Source: Anthoceros angustus (Eukaryota; Plantae; Anthocerotophyta). From it: a stretch of DNA of 64,000 nucleotides. The notes beneath the pieces are model-generated. The model searched no databases. It was not told the origin of the DNA and was given only the letters and a program-made list of their open reading frames with translations. Location of the stretch: assembly GCA_010909165.1 (NCBI GenBank), contig MU008211.1:1-64000 (forward strand), written 5' to 3'. The position numbers were made by a program, and so were the translations under genes. Shown in pieces: positions 14,346-26,179 of the stretch. Every line of letters begins with the position of its first letter. Positions within the stretch are counted from its first letter, which is position 1.

Positions 14346-14914
14346 AATGGGGTGCTAAGATGCTAGCTAGGATCACTGTAATTGTCTCGCCTCAAGCTCT
14401 AAGAGATTACTTGGAGAAATAAGGAGGATGAGAGGTCGATCAAAGAATGTAAAGGAAATGTCATAATCGGGATCGTCTTCAGGTTCTGAACTATGCGACA
14501 TAAACAAGAAAAGGTTACAGAGGGTGTGGTGCACGGAGGTCATCGCCATTGACTCTCGCAAACCATGAGGAGTTCCTTGATGCCGCAGGCGCTCCACGAG
14601 GATGTCGGTCGTCTCGCCGAGATTGCAAATCGCAACTGTTTGAGTGCGCGGTCCTCGATGCGGGTTCCCGATCCGCTGTTGGGCGCCGCGTGCTCGGAGA
14701 GTCGGATGAGGACCGGATTGATGACGGTTTCAGCCGATGTCGAGGCTCGCAATCTCTTCTCCTCCCTGCGGCTCGCAGAGTTCCCAACGCATGCGGAGGA
14801 TGAGCAAACCTACGAGTGGATCTCGTGGAGTGGAAAGAGATCTACGTGTGACATCTTGATGGCCATTGGATCATGGAACTTGGGTGCTTGCGCATGGCGG
14901 CGATGCCTAAATCC

Positions 14915-14978
14915 CGCCCGATACCATAAAACGAGGTATGACGCATATGCCATAGCTGGGATCTAAGACGGTGATCTA
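14915..14978 (-). promoter_or_regulatory. Primer-binding site (tRNA-Met-like) and stub of the copia 5' LTR
   Basis: Minus strand TTTTA-TGGTATCGGGCG resembles the canonical TGGTATCAGAGC; it lies upstream of gag and abuts about 50 bp homologous to the LTR end at 3245-3298. Confidence 0.6.
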
Positions 14979-17900
14979 AACCGGTTTGAACAAGAATTAG
15001 TGCGAGAACATCTTTGGAAGGCTGAAGATGATAGCGAGTTTATGCGGCGGTGGCCCATGTTCATGTTGCTCGAACAATATTTCCACAATGAGATGTGCAC
15101 AATCTCTAGGCGCGGGGACCAAATAGAGGCAATGAATCGGCGAATCCATATGGAGCTGTCCCATATCCCAAAGCGCGAAAATGTGTAGAGGATGCAAGGA
15201 GAGAGCACCACGTCGACCAAGTTGGCCAAACCTAATGCCTAATGGTTATAAAACATATTTGAGTGTTTAAAGGTACTTAACGTACCCAAGAATAGCCACC
15301 ATGTTTCAGGGTCTAGACTTTCTTTTTCTTTTTGTTTCAATAAATAAAAAATGCAGCCTCTGCGGTGGAACCATATATCACTAGTGGCCCATGGGTCCGT
15401 ATGCCATCCGCGACAGTGCCGACATCCTCGATGACCATGCCACATTTATAACTGCATTTCGGCGTCTCTTGGAGGTGGATGTTTGCTGGCGGCCAACTCT
15501 TTCGGTGGGGAGGCCAGTTCCCTCCTTGTCATCCTTCCCATGCGATGCCTCCACGCTTGCTCGACGTGCCTCGGCCACGAATTTTCTCCCTCTATCGGCT
15601 TCTGCACCTTCCTGCCACCGGGCGTCTTCCCTTCATGCATCTCTCAATGGGATGCATGGCATGCGTCAAGAACAGGCGGCTCGAGCCCTCTTACACCCGA
15701 TCTCCACACTTGTGCGTTCCTTCCCAGCAATCCCCACCTATATCAGCCCATGGTACCGGGTCGACGCCAACGCTGTCATCTTCTATTTTGGAGCCTGGCC
15801 AAATTGTGTGCAGGATGCGCTGAAGGATGGTGCATGTAATCCTGAGTCGTCCCCGCCGCCCTTGGATCCCAATTCGCCTTATGCGCCTCGATTCTCCCTC
15901 CTCGTCAAGCCGAGACCTCTCTCCTTGCATTTACGTGGGGCTGCTATCCTTAATAATGGAGACAATCAGCACACACGAACTACCCTCTGCCATTCACGGT
16001 CACGGCATCCAGCACGCTCCTTGCTGCCATTATTTCATGGAGCGCTGGGCTCCGCGAAAATTCCTGCTCCTCCGTACCCTCACCATTTTCTCCGTCCCCA
16101 TCCTCGCTCGAGCCCCTTCTGCACCTTCTTCCTGCTCACCCGCCTTTCACAATTCTCCGGTCCACTCCGGATCCGCCGACATAGACTTTACGTGTGGTTT
16201 GAGTCTGGCAGGTGCCAGGCGGCCTTCTAACCGGTCCTGCTGCCTATCTCGCGACCCCCTCTGCATCATGTATACGCTATCACCATTCAAAAGAGGCTGG
16301 ACATGCTCCTCCTCTTTGTTGCTCATGACCAGGTGGTTTGCCGGTTTGACTTTCCACCTTGGTGGAGAGGTAGCGATGGGTCAAACCCGCTTTTACCATC
16401 CTGGAGCTTGATGCTATTACTCTCCCCTTTGGTTGCCTTCGTGTGGGGACTTGACATGAGCATCTGGCGGGTCTTCGCGCCCCTCTCCCCACCTCGTCCG
16501 GTGCCGTTACGAATTGGTGGAGCTCCTCTCTTCCCTAGCCCAATCCAAATGGGATGATGGCGGAAGATGCGACATATGATGGCGGGCCTAGCCTCTCCAC
16601 TTCCTCTCGCCAAAGATGGAAAGAGGAGTTTTCCCAAGCAACGAGTCTCCCCGATATGCATCGTTTGATTCGCCGCGGTGGCGTGGGGCATATCGGAGGA
16701 GCTCCCACTCAGTCATGCGCCAAGATACCGCCTCTGGAGCTTGGCCCAAAGTCACATCGGCGCTCTGACCCTCAAGCCGCTCATACTTCAAGACTATGCG
16801 AGTTCACCCGCAGCTTTGGAACACCAGCGGATGTCTTCGATGGACAGCTTGCGAGCCTGGACGAGGAAGTCCAGCCTCACCGCGGGCAAGGTGAATGGAA
16901 TGGGATCATTCCTTGGAGCAGGAGAAGAGCATATGTGTTTTGGCTTGGTGTCGTTGGAAGCTCCAACCAAGGTCGGCTGGAGCAAGTTCATGAAGAGCAA
17001 GACCTCGGATCCGAAGCCTCCTCACGCCAAGCCGAGACCTCTCTCCTTGCATTTACGTGGGGCTGGTATCCTTAATAATGGAGACAATCAAAGACACACG
17101 AACTACCTCCGCCATTCACGGTCACGGCATCCGGCCACGCTCCTTGCGCCATTATTTCATGGGCGGCTCATGAAAATTCCTGCTCCTCCGTACCCTCACC
17201 ATTTTCTCCGTCCCCATCCTCGCCGAGCCCCTTACGCACCTTCTTCCCGCTCACCCGCCTTTCACAATTCTCCGGTCCACTCCGGATCCGCCGACATAGA
17301 CTTTACGTGTGGTTTGAGTCCAGGTGCCGCAGCGGCCTTCTAACCGGTCCTGCTGCCTATCTCGCGACCCCTCTGCATCATGTATACGCTATCACCATTC
17401 AAAAGTGGCTGGACATGCTCCTCCTCTTGTTGCTCATGACCGGGTGGTGCGGTTTGACTTTCCACCTTGGTGGAGAGGTAGCGATGGGTCAAACCCGCTT
17501 TTACCATCCGGAGCTTGATGCTATTACTCTCCTGCCGATTTGGTTGCCTTCGTGTGGGGACTTGACATGAGCATCGGGTCGCAATGCGCCCCTCTCCCCC
17601 ACCTCGTCCAGCTGCCCGTTCTGAATTGGTGGAGCTCCTCTCTTCCCTAGCCCAATCCAAATGGGACGATGGGCAGAAGATGCAGCATATGATGGCAGGC
17701 CTAGCCTCTCCACTTCCTCTCGCCAAAGATGGAAAGAGGAGTTTTCCCAAGCAACAGTCTCCCTAATATGCATCGCCGTTTGATTCGCCCGCAGCTGGCT
17801 GTGGGGGCATATAAGCAGGAGCTCCTACTCCGAGTCATGCGCCAAGATACCGCCTCCTGCTGGAGCTTGGCCCAAAGTCACATCGGCGCTCTGACCCTCA

Positions 17901-20533
17901 AGCCGCTCATACTTCAAGACTATGCGAGTTCACCCGCAGCTTTGGAACACCAGGATGTTCGATGGATGTCTTGATGGCCCGACGAGGAAGTCCAGCCTCA
18001 CCGGGCAAGGTGAATGGAATGGGATCATTCCTTGGGCAGGTGAGAAGAGCATATGTGTTTTGGCTTGGTCGTTGGAAGCTCCAACCAAGGTCGGTGGAGC
18101 AAGTTCATGAAGAGCAAGACCTCGGACCAAGCCTCCTCACGCCAAGCCGAGACCTCTCTCCTTGCATTTACGTGGGGCTGGTATCCTTAATAATGGAGAC
18201 AATCGCACACACGAACTACCTCCGCCATTCACGGTCACGGCATCCGGCCACGCTCCTTGCGCCATTATTTCATGGGCTCATGAAAATTCACTGCTCCTCC
18301 GTACCCTCACCATTTTCTCCGTCCCCATCCTCGCCGAGCCCCTTACGCACCTTCTTCCTGCTCACCCGCCTTTCACAATTCTCCGGTCCACTCCGGATCC
18401 GCCGACATAGACTTTACGTGTGGTTTGAGTCCAGGTGCCGCAGCGGCCTTCTAACCGGTCCTGCTGCCTATCTCGCGACCCCTCTGCATCATGTATACGC
18501 TATCACCATTCAAAAGTGGCTGGACATGCTCCTCCTCTTGTTGCTCATGACCGGGTGGTGCGGTTTGACTTTCCACCTTGGTGGAGAGGTAGCGATGGGT
18601 CAAACCCGCTTTTACCATCTGGAGCTTGATGCTATTACTCTCCTGCCGATTTGGTTGCCTTCGTGTGGGGACTTGACATGAGCATCTGGCGGGTCTTGTA
18701 ATCGCCCCTCTCCCCACCTCGTCCACCGCCTGCTCAATTGGTGGAGCTCCTCTCTTCCCTAGCCCAATCCAAATGGGATGATGGGCGAAGATGCGATATG
18801 ATGGCGGGCCTAGCCTCTCCACTTCCTCTCGCCAAAGATGGAAAGAGGAGTTTTCCCAAGCAACGAGTCTCCACGATATGCCGTGGTTGATTCGCCCTTG
18901 GTCAGGCATAAGCCAGGAGCTCCCACTCCGAGTCATGCGCCAAGATACCGCCTCCTGCTGGAGCTTGGCCCAAAGTCACATCGGCGCTCGACCCTCAAGC
19001 CGCTCATACTTCAAGACTATGCGAGTTCACCGCTTTGGAACACCAAATGGTCTTCGATGGATGCTTATAGCCCGGACGAGGAAGTCCAGCCTCACCGGGC
19101 AAGGTGAATGGAATGGGATCATTCCTTGGGCGAGAGAAGAGCATATGTGTTTTGGCTTGGTGTCGTTGGAAGCTCCAACCAAGGTCGGCTGGAGCAAGTT
19201 CATGAAGAGCAAGACCTCGGACCCGAAGCCTCCTCACTACAGTTGCTCCCGCCGATCCTTGGACCGGTTCGGCCACGCTCCGGTAATCTCCATAACTTGT
19301 GACGTTGTACCCTAGGCATGTTCCTTGTCTGCCGCTAACCATGAAGCCCACTTTGTAGTGGGCACTGAGACATTCTTCCCCTAGCCCAGAGCCACTCTCT
19401 CATTGTTCGCATGGTCCCTAGAGGTATCTCACCGCTTTGATCCGTTGTCCATTAGCCAGGCTGATGTCTTAGCAGCGCAGGAAGCCTCCTCCACGGTTGC
19501 CCTGCCTTCCTCCCCGGAGAACTGCCGTACCTTCCTCCACACTTGCCAAACCAGTTTCACTATCTAACCCTTGGTTTAACTGCCGACTCCCCCACTTCTA
19601 GTACCCCCTCCCACAGTCGCCTTATTTTGGAAATGGTTCGTCTTTGGCGTAATCAGAGCGCATTTTATGTCACCTCAAGATATAGAAACTAACTTTGAAG
19701 ATAAATTTGGAACCGGAGTCCTCCTCTAATAGTAGTGAGGAACCAACAGTCCCCAAGGTCTTCCTTAATATTACCAAGATCTTACACATCCTTTGGGTGA
19801 GACAAGTAGATGACTTCACCCCTACCTCTAGGAACTCACCATGGTCACATTCCTTGAACAACCTTCGCTTAGTATACCAGTCATGAATATGCAGCCCATC
19901 TTTCCAAGTTGGAGGAGCTCGGTATTCACAAGCTAGAAGCCATGGAGGCCAGAAGTTTTGGAATGCAATGGCTAGCGCATGTCAATAGGTACAATAGGTG
20001 CCCATTCCTTGGAATTCGACTCCGTTTGGTTCACTATCAAGCACTATGTCCGAATATGGTCCAACATCAATGGGGTTGGCAAGTTCGTGCAGGTTCGGCT
20101 GTTCGAGTTTTTTTATTAGATGTAGACGTCGAGGCCAACTTGTCCCAAATCTACTAATCACAAAATTTATGGACGGAAGAATTGTTCCTTAGTCCTCGAA
20201 ATTTGAGCGCTAATACTCAAAGAAAGGATTGTTCCTTGGTCCTTGGAATTTGAGACCTAATAGCGAAACATTGTTTCTTGCTCCTCAAAATTTCATACCT
20301 AATACTCAAAGGAGGATAGTTCCTTGGTCCTCGAAATACCCAATCATATAGTTTTGGACTATATATGTACTTTTCCCCCTCTTCCACCTTCCAATTCCTC
20401 AATTCAGTCTCAATTCCTCACTACACGTAAGAGCTGTTTACATTGTTGATCAACCACAACTCCCGCTGTCTGAATTCGTTTACGCATACCAGGCTAGCAA
20501 GGTGTCTAACTACTAAGAATTCTTTACTCCAAT

Positions 20534-21131
20534 TTGGAAATGAATCGCGTGGAGAATATAGTGGGGGCTAAAAGAAAGGGACGTCCGCAAGGCTCAAAGA
20601 ACAAGTTGAAGGATTGCCGCACAACAAATAATCCGAAGGACGTTAGAGTTCACAAAGGCGATGATCAAGACCTTAATCAATTTGCACAAGACTTAGAGCA
20701 AGACTTGGCGAAAGCCCATGATGAACATGAGGTTATAAGCGGTGTTTCCAACTGCCGCGGCGCTTAAGCGCCGAGGCGTCAAAAGGCTCAAAGAACAAGC
20801 GAAGGATTGCCAAAGACATGTTGCGAATCCGGACATCGTGGTTGGCAATGATCATGCGTAAGAATTCGAAGATGAGCGTGATCTAAACCGGTTTGAACAA
20901 GAATTAGTGCGTAACATCTTTGGAAGTCAAGATGATGACGAGTTTATGCGTGGCCCATGTTCATGTTGCTCGAACAATATTTCCACAATGAGATGTGCAC
21001 AATCTCTAGAGCGCAGGACCAAATAGAGGCAATGAATCAATGAATCCATATGGAGTATCCCATATCCCAAAGCGAAAATGTGTAGAGGATGCAAGGAGAG
21101 AGCACCACGTCGACCAAGTTGGCCAAACCTA
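20534..21131 (+). pseudogene. Frameshifted ORF in module D with two AT-hook-like motifs
   Basis: ORF 20534..20767 contains KRKGRPQGSKNK. A second, indel-damaged KRPRGRxKGSKNK-like unit lies at about 20765-20800 (also 2510-2545). The frame continues ...DLNRFEQELV...RRIHMELSHIPKRRKCVEDARREHHVDQVGQT* (cf. ORF 2565..2891). AATAAA-rich 3' region follows. Confidence 0.55.
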
Positions 21132-22643
21132 ATGCCTAATGGTTATAAAACATATTTGAGTGTTTAAAGGTACTTAACGTACCCAAGAATAGCCACCATG
21201 TTTCAGGGTCTAGACTTTCTTTTTCTTTTTGTTTCAATAAATAAAAAATGCAGCCTCTGGGGTGGAACCATATATCACTAGTGGCCCATGGGTCCGGCGT
21301 ATGCCGCATCCGCGACACCGTGCCCCGACATCCTCCTAATGACCATGCCACATTTATAACTTTGCAGCTCGGCGTCTCTTGGAGGTGGATGTTTGCTGGC
21401 GGCCAGCTCTTTCGGTGGGGAGGCCAGTTCCCTTCTTGTCATCCTTCCCATGCGATGCCTCCACGCCTGCTCGACGTGCCTCGCCACGAATTTTCTCCCT
21501 CTCAGACCTTCCCGCCACTTGCCCGGGCCTTCCCTTCATGCATCTCTCAATGGGATGCATGGCATGCCAAGAACGCTCGAGCCCTCTTACACCCGATCTC
21601 CACACTTGCGTTCCTTCCGGCAATCCCCACCTATATCGCCCCATGGTACCGGTCGACGCCAATGGCCACATCTTCTATTTTGGAGCTGGCCAAATTGTGT
21701 GCAGGATGCGCTGAAGGATGGTGCATGTAATCTGAGTCGTCCCGCCGCCTTGGGATCCCAATTCGCCTTGTCCTCGATTCTCCCTCCTCCGCTAAGCCGA
21801 GACCTCTCTCCTTGCATTTACGTGGGGCTATCATTAATGGAGACAATGTACACACGAACTACCCTCTGCCATTCACAGTCACGGCATCCAGACGCTCCTT
21901 GCGCCATTATTTCATGGAGCGGCCCGCAAAAATTCTGCCTGTACCTCACCATTTTCTCCGTCCCCATCCTCGCTCGAGCCCCTTACGCACCTTCTTCCTG
22001 CTCACCCGCCTTTCACAATTCTCCGGTCCACTCCGGATCCGCCGACATAGACTTTACGTGTGGTTTGAGTGCAGGGCGGCTTCTAACCGTCCCCGCTGCT
22101 ATCTGCTGACCCCCTCGCATCATGTATCGCTTATCACCATCTGGGGTGAGGCTGGACATGCTCCTCCTCTTTGTTGCTCATGACCGTGGTCCGGTTTGAC
22201 TTTCCACCTTGGTGGAGAGGTAGCGATGGGTCAAACCCGCTTTTACCATCGGAGCTTGATGCTATTACTCTCCTGCCGATTTGGTTGCCTTCGTGTGGGG
22301 ACTTGACGCTGAGCATCTGGCGGGTCTTCGCACGCGCCTCTCCCCACCTCGCCCATCGCCTGCTCTAAATTGGTGGAGCTCCTTCCCCTAGCCCAATCCA
22401 AATGGGATGATGGGCGAAGATGCAGCATATGATGGCAGGCCTAGCCTCTCCACTTCCTCTCGCCAAAGATGGAAAGAGGAGTTTTCCCAAGCAACCAGTC
22501 TCCCCTGATATGCATCGCCGTTTGATTCGCCCGCAGCTGGCTGTGGGGGCATATGAGCAGGAGCTCCTACTTCGAGTCATGCGCCAAGATACTGCCTCCT
22601 GCTGGAGCTTGGCCCAAAGTCACATCGGCGCTCTGACCCTCAA

Positions 22644-23290
22644 CACTACAAGAATCGCAGTGTTTACAACGATTTTACAACGTAATTTACAACCTCACGC
22701 TAAAACGGGCATTTACACGCTTGTAAACCGACAAATTAACTAGGTTGTAAAATGCCGACGTGGCAAGGTTGCCACGTCAGCAAGTTGCCGACCGCCACGC
22801 CACCTAACCGGAGGTAAGGTGTCCGCAGCCGCTTTACAACGCCATTTACAACGCTCGCTTTACAACCTAAATGACAACGCCATTTACAACGTGGTTGCCT
22901 TGTAATCTAGGTTGTAAAATAGGTTGTTATTAGGAGGTTGTAGTCTGACAACTTAACTAGGTTGTAAAGTGGGTCTATTTACAACGTATTTTACAATATA
23001 TGTTACAACCTCATTTACAACCTTCAAACACCCTTACTTTACAACATCATTTACAACGTCGTTTACAACGTGGTTTACAACGTCGTTTACAAGGTTGTTT
23101 GCAACCTGATTTGCAACCTGATTTGCAACCTCATTTACAACCTGATTTGCAACCTCATTTACAACCTCATTTACAACCTCATTTACAACCTCATTTACAA
23201 CCTGAAAAATTCACGAATCGCTAGTTTTACAACAGAACCTACAAGGTAGATTACAACTTGGAAAATTCACGTCTCAATGATTTACAACGT
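22644..23290 (+). mobile_element. En/Spm (CACTA) left terminus with subterminal repeats
   Basis: CACTACAAGAA at 22644 interrupts module A exactly after CCCTCAA (predicted TSD CAA). Many TTTACAAC/GTTGTAAA motifs follow in both orientations. No matching right TIR found in the window. Confidence 0.9.
23020..23205 (+). repeat. 12-bp tandem array (TTTACAACCTCA / TTTGCAACCTGA)
   Basis: Directly visible; it produces the (LQPH/LQPD)n ORF 23000..23224. Confidence 0.9.
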
Positions 23291-23899
23291 TGTTTATACA
23301 TTAAAATATATATGTATTCTACAAAATAGTATACATCTCTTTTTCATACATACGGGTATGGACATAAGGTATACTATATGGTATCAAATACGAAGATCAA
23401 ATTATACACGTATATCATACAATATACGAGTCTTTATACAATATATGATAATATTGACAAAATAATTATTGAATTAAATAAATAGGTATCTATTAAGATT
23501 ATAAATCTATGAATTTAATAATGTAATTACATTATATCCATTCTATTTAAATCCTAATTTTTGGGCAGTATATATATACATATTATTTTAATTAAATTTG
23601 GCCCCTAATTAGGGACCAGATTTACATAAAATAATACATACATAATATCTTAAAATTAGGATAAATGAAGGCAATATATATTGTAACATAATCCGCCGAC
23701 GCCTTGTAAGTTCGCGATCTTTACAGGTGCATCAGAATGCGCTTGCACTTGAAGGTTGTGATGATCCTCCTACTAGATATTCTCCGGATTTGAAGGCCAT
23801 CATATGTGCGGGTCAACAACAACATGCATGTGAAGAGGAATATAAGATGCAAGTCAAAAATCCAATAGAGCCAAAGCGAGATTAGCTTACATGACACCG

Positions 23900-24047
23900 G
23901 ACTTGACACACCACAAGCACACCAAAATGGTAAAGAACTTGACACACCACAAGCACCCCACCAAAATGGTAAACAACTTGATGCACCACAAGCAGAAAAA
24001 TGGTAAAGAACTTGACACGCCACAAGCAGCCCAAAATGGTAAAGAAA
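23900..24047 (+). repeat. Tandem repeat of about 36-40 bp (ACTTGACACACCACAAGCACCCAAAATGGTAAAGA), 4 copies
   Basis: Directly visible degenerate units. Confidence 0.8.
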
Positions 24048-24049
24048 AG

Positions 24050-26176
24050 TCGGGTCTAGAGCACACCTTCCACCAAAATGTGTGCCCCAAAGCCTTAGCT
24101 AGATTCCTCAACCTTCTCCAAGAGCAAAATCCTTGATCCATTATTACAAAGTTGCAAAATTTCAAGCCAAACGAGCACACCTTAGCAGGAGGTATATACA
24201 GATACTTGATAGCATCAAAATCACTGGGACAAACATTTCACCCAGTCCTCTTTCAACAATCATTGAGTGCATCCGGTAAAAGCAAAGTCTCCATCGCAGC
24301 ATCATCCACCATCCAATGCTCACACACAAGACTCATCGCTTCTAAATTCACAAGAAGAGCGGACAAGCACGAGGCCCTCTCAACAATAGCCTAAGTGCCT
24401 TGCGCTTCTATCTCTTCACGCCCTACCAAAGATGTGCGAATCGAATTACACCGCTATGTTGCCATCGGAGCATAACAAGAATTGCAGAGCATCAAGACCA
24501 TAGAATTGCACAGAGCCATAGAATTGCACGACTATAGAATTGCAGCATCAAGACCATAGAATTGCATAGAATTGCGTAATAAGAGCCAAAGGAATAAAAA
24601 GCGATGGAGGTAGTGGGCACCTTGCAATGGGAGTAGAATCGGTGAACTTCTACATGAGAGATGGGAGTCCCAGTCCGATCTTCGACGAGCGTCTGACAAT
24701 CTCGCTATCTCGTCCCACAACGGAGAGATAATAAATATGTGAATTGAGCATCCGGATACCACTGTACTTAGCAACCCCTAAAACTTCACATGCCAATTCT
24801 ATCCATGAACTTGCCTACCAAGGTGTCCCGACAACTACCTCATCCACCACCTCGCTCAACAATCGCTAGTACCAGAAACACCTAGGCCCGGGCCCTTCCA
24901 CCATCATAGACACATACATGTCTACTGTAGGTCCCGACCACTCAACATCCAAAGAATCCTCTTTCAACAATCAAATCAATCACAAAACCTTAGGCTTGGC
25001 GTGCATCCTCCAATTCACTACATACACATATGTGTGTAACCTTTCATGGGCTAGATCCACCAGTCTAGTCCTTAGGTGTTTTAGGCTTGGCATTTTTTTC
25101 AAGGGGCAGTCTTTCAAAATTGACATCTACACTCCAACTCTAGTTGCAAGTCAACAAACAAACACCTACACTCCACATCTATTGGGCCTTCTTAGAAAAT
25201 TTCCCGTTGTCTTCTTCTTGAAGTCCTCGTCACGCCTTCCGCTTTTGTTCACACTCCCCTTGTGGATCCGGACTTCAAGATTGCGGCATTGGAGCTCACA
25301 TCGTAGTTGAACCCCACTTCACACAAAGACGTTGTGCTTCCAACTCTTGGGCCAAACTCCTTTCCGAATTATCCAAGATCGCAAAAACTTCTCCGCATCT
25401 TAGCAGGAGAAAATTTCAACAGACTGCCTTTGGGGCCTCTTCAATCACAATATGGGCCTTGCCCTCCACAAAGCAGCCTATGTCTTTGTCGGAGTCTTGC
25501 CCTTCAGCAGTGTCTTTTCTTTGGAGTCTTGTCTTCTACAGCTTGACTTTGCAGAGTCTTGTCTTTACAACCTTGTCATTCGCCTCCTGTGGGTACTCGG
25601 TGGAGCCCGCTCACCTCTACATCTTGGGATCAAACAATCTATGAACCAGCCATCTTCATCCACATCCTTTCGCTTAATGGCATCTATCACAATATCCGTG
25701 ATCCAACACATGTACAGAGTCGATTGCCACTCAAAGCATACTAGAAAATTCTTAGTACAAAACTTATCGTCTAATTCATACACCGTATCCACCTCCAACA
25801 GTCTCGATACATAACTTTGGTGAAATCTTCTTCCTCCCACACTAGCGAAAACAGCTCGGAACTAACTTGGGCTCGGATAAGGGACCCTCACGATCCCGTA
25901 AAGCTTCCAACTTAGCAACCCACTCTCCATTTTGATGCCACGCAACTTTCTCCTCCTCTGCCTCCCATACTTCAAAAGAAAACGTCTGTTAAAACCAGTC
26001 ATCCTCCATTTCCAAAGTGTGCATAGGGCTTGGCATTTGGATTGTTCTTCCTTTCCATGGCAATGCTTCGAGAGACATCTCTTGTCGACTTCACTCTTCC
26101 TCCACTGTAATTTCATTCCATTGGTCAGTGTGATATCACGGGCTTGTATCAGAGAATACTCACCGTAAAGGAACAC
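24050..26176 (-). pseudogene. Decayed coding-like sequence inside the CACTA element, product unidentified
   Basis: Chained minus-strand ORFs (25862..26176, 25565..25840) with protein-like composition; no diagnostic motif recognised. Confidence 0.3.
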
Positions 26177-26179
26177 ACC

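Larger units (their letters stand above)
1..22643 (+). repeat. Complex tandem/mosaic macro-repeat array of five modules (E-A-B-C-D, about 3.7-kb unit)
   Basis: Approximate copies: A 290-1090, 3745-4494, 11470-12281, 16275-17024, 17390-18139, 18500-19312, 22150-22643; B 1091-1948, 4495-5347, 5466-5905, 6187-6902, 8732-9442, 9625-9993, 19313-20182; C 1-158, 1945-2290, 7345-7715, 8295-8600, 20180-20530; D 2290-3039, 7716-8280, 14970-15386, 20534-21283; E 3040-3244, 15387-16275, 17025-17390, 18140-18500, 21284-22140. The same peptides recur in the ORF track (FDFPPWWRGSDGSNP, HEYAAHLSKLEELGIHKLEAMEA). Confidence 0.9.

Noticed and set aside
23000-23224. ORF with (LQPH/LQPD)n repeats
   Set aside because: It is the translation of the 12-bp CACTA subterminal array, not a gene.
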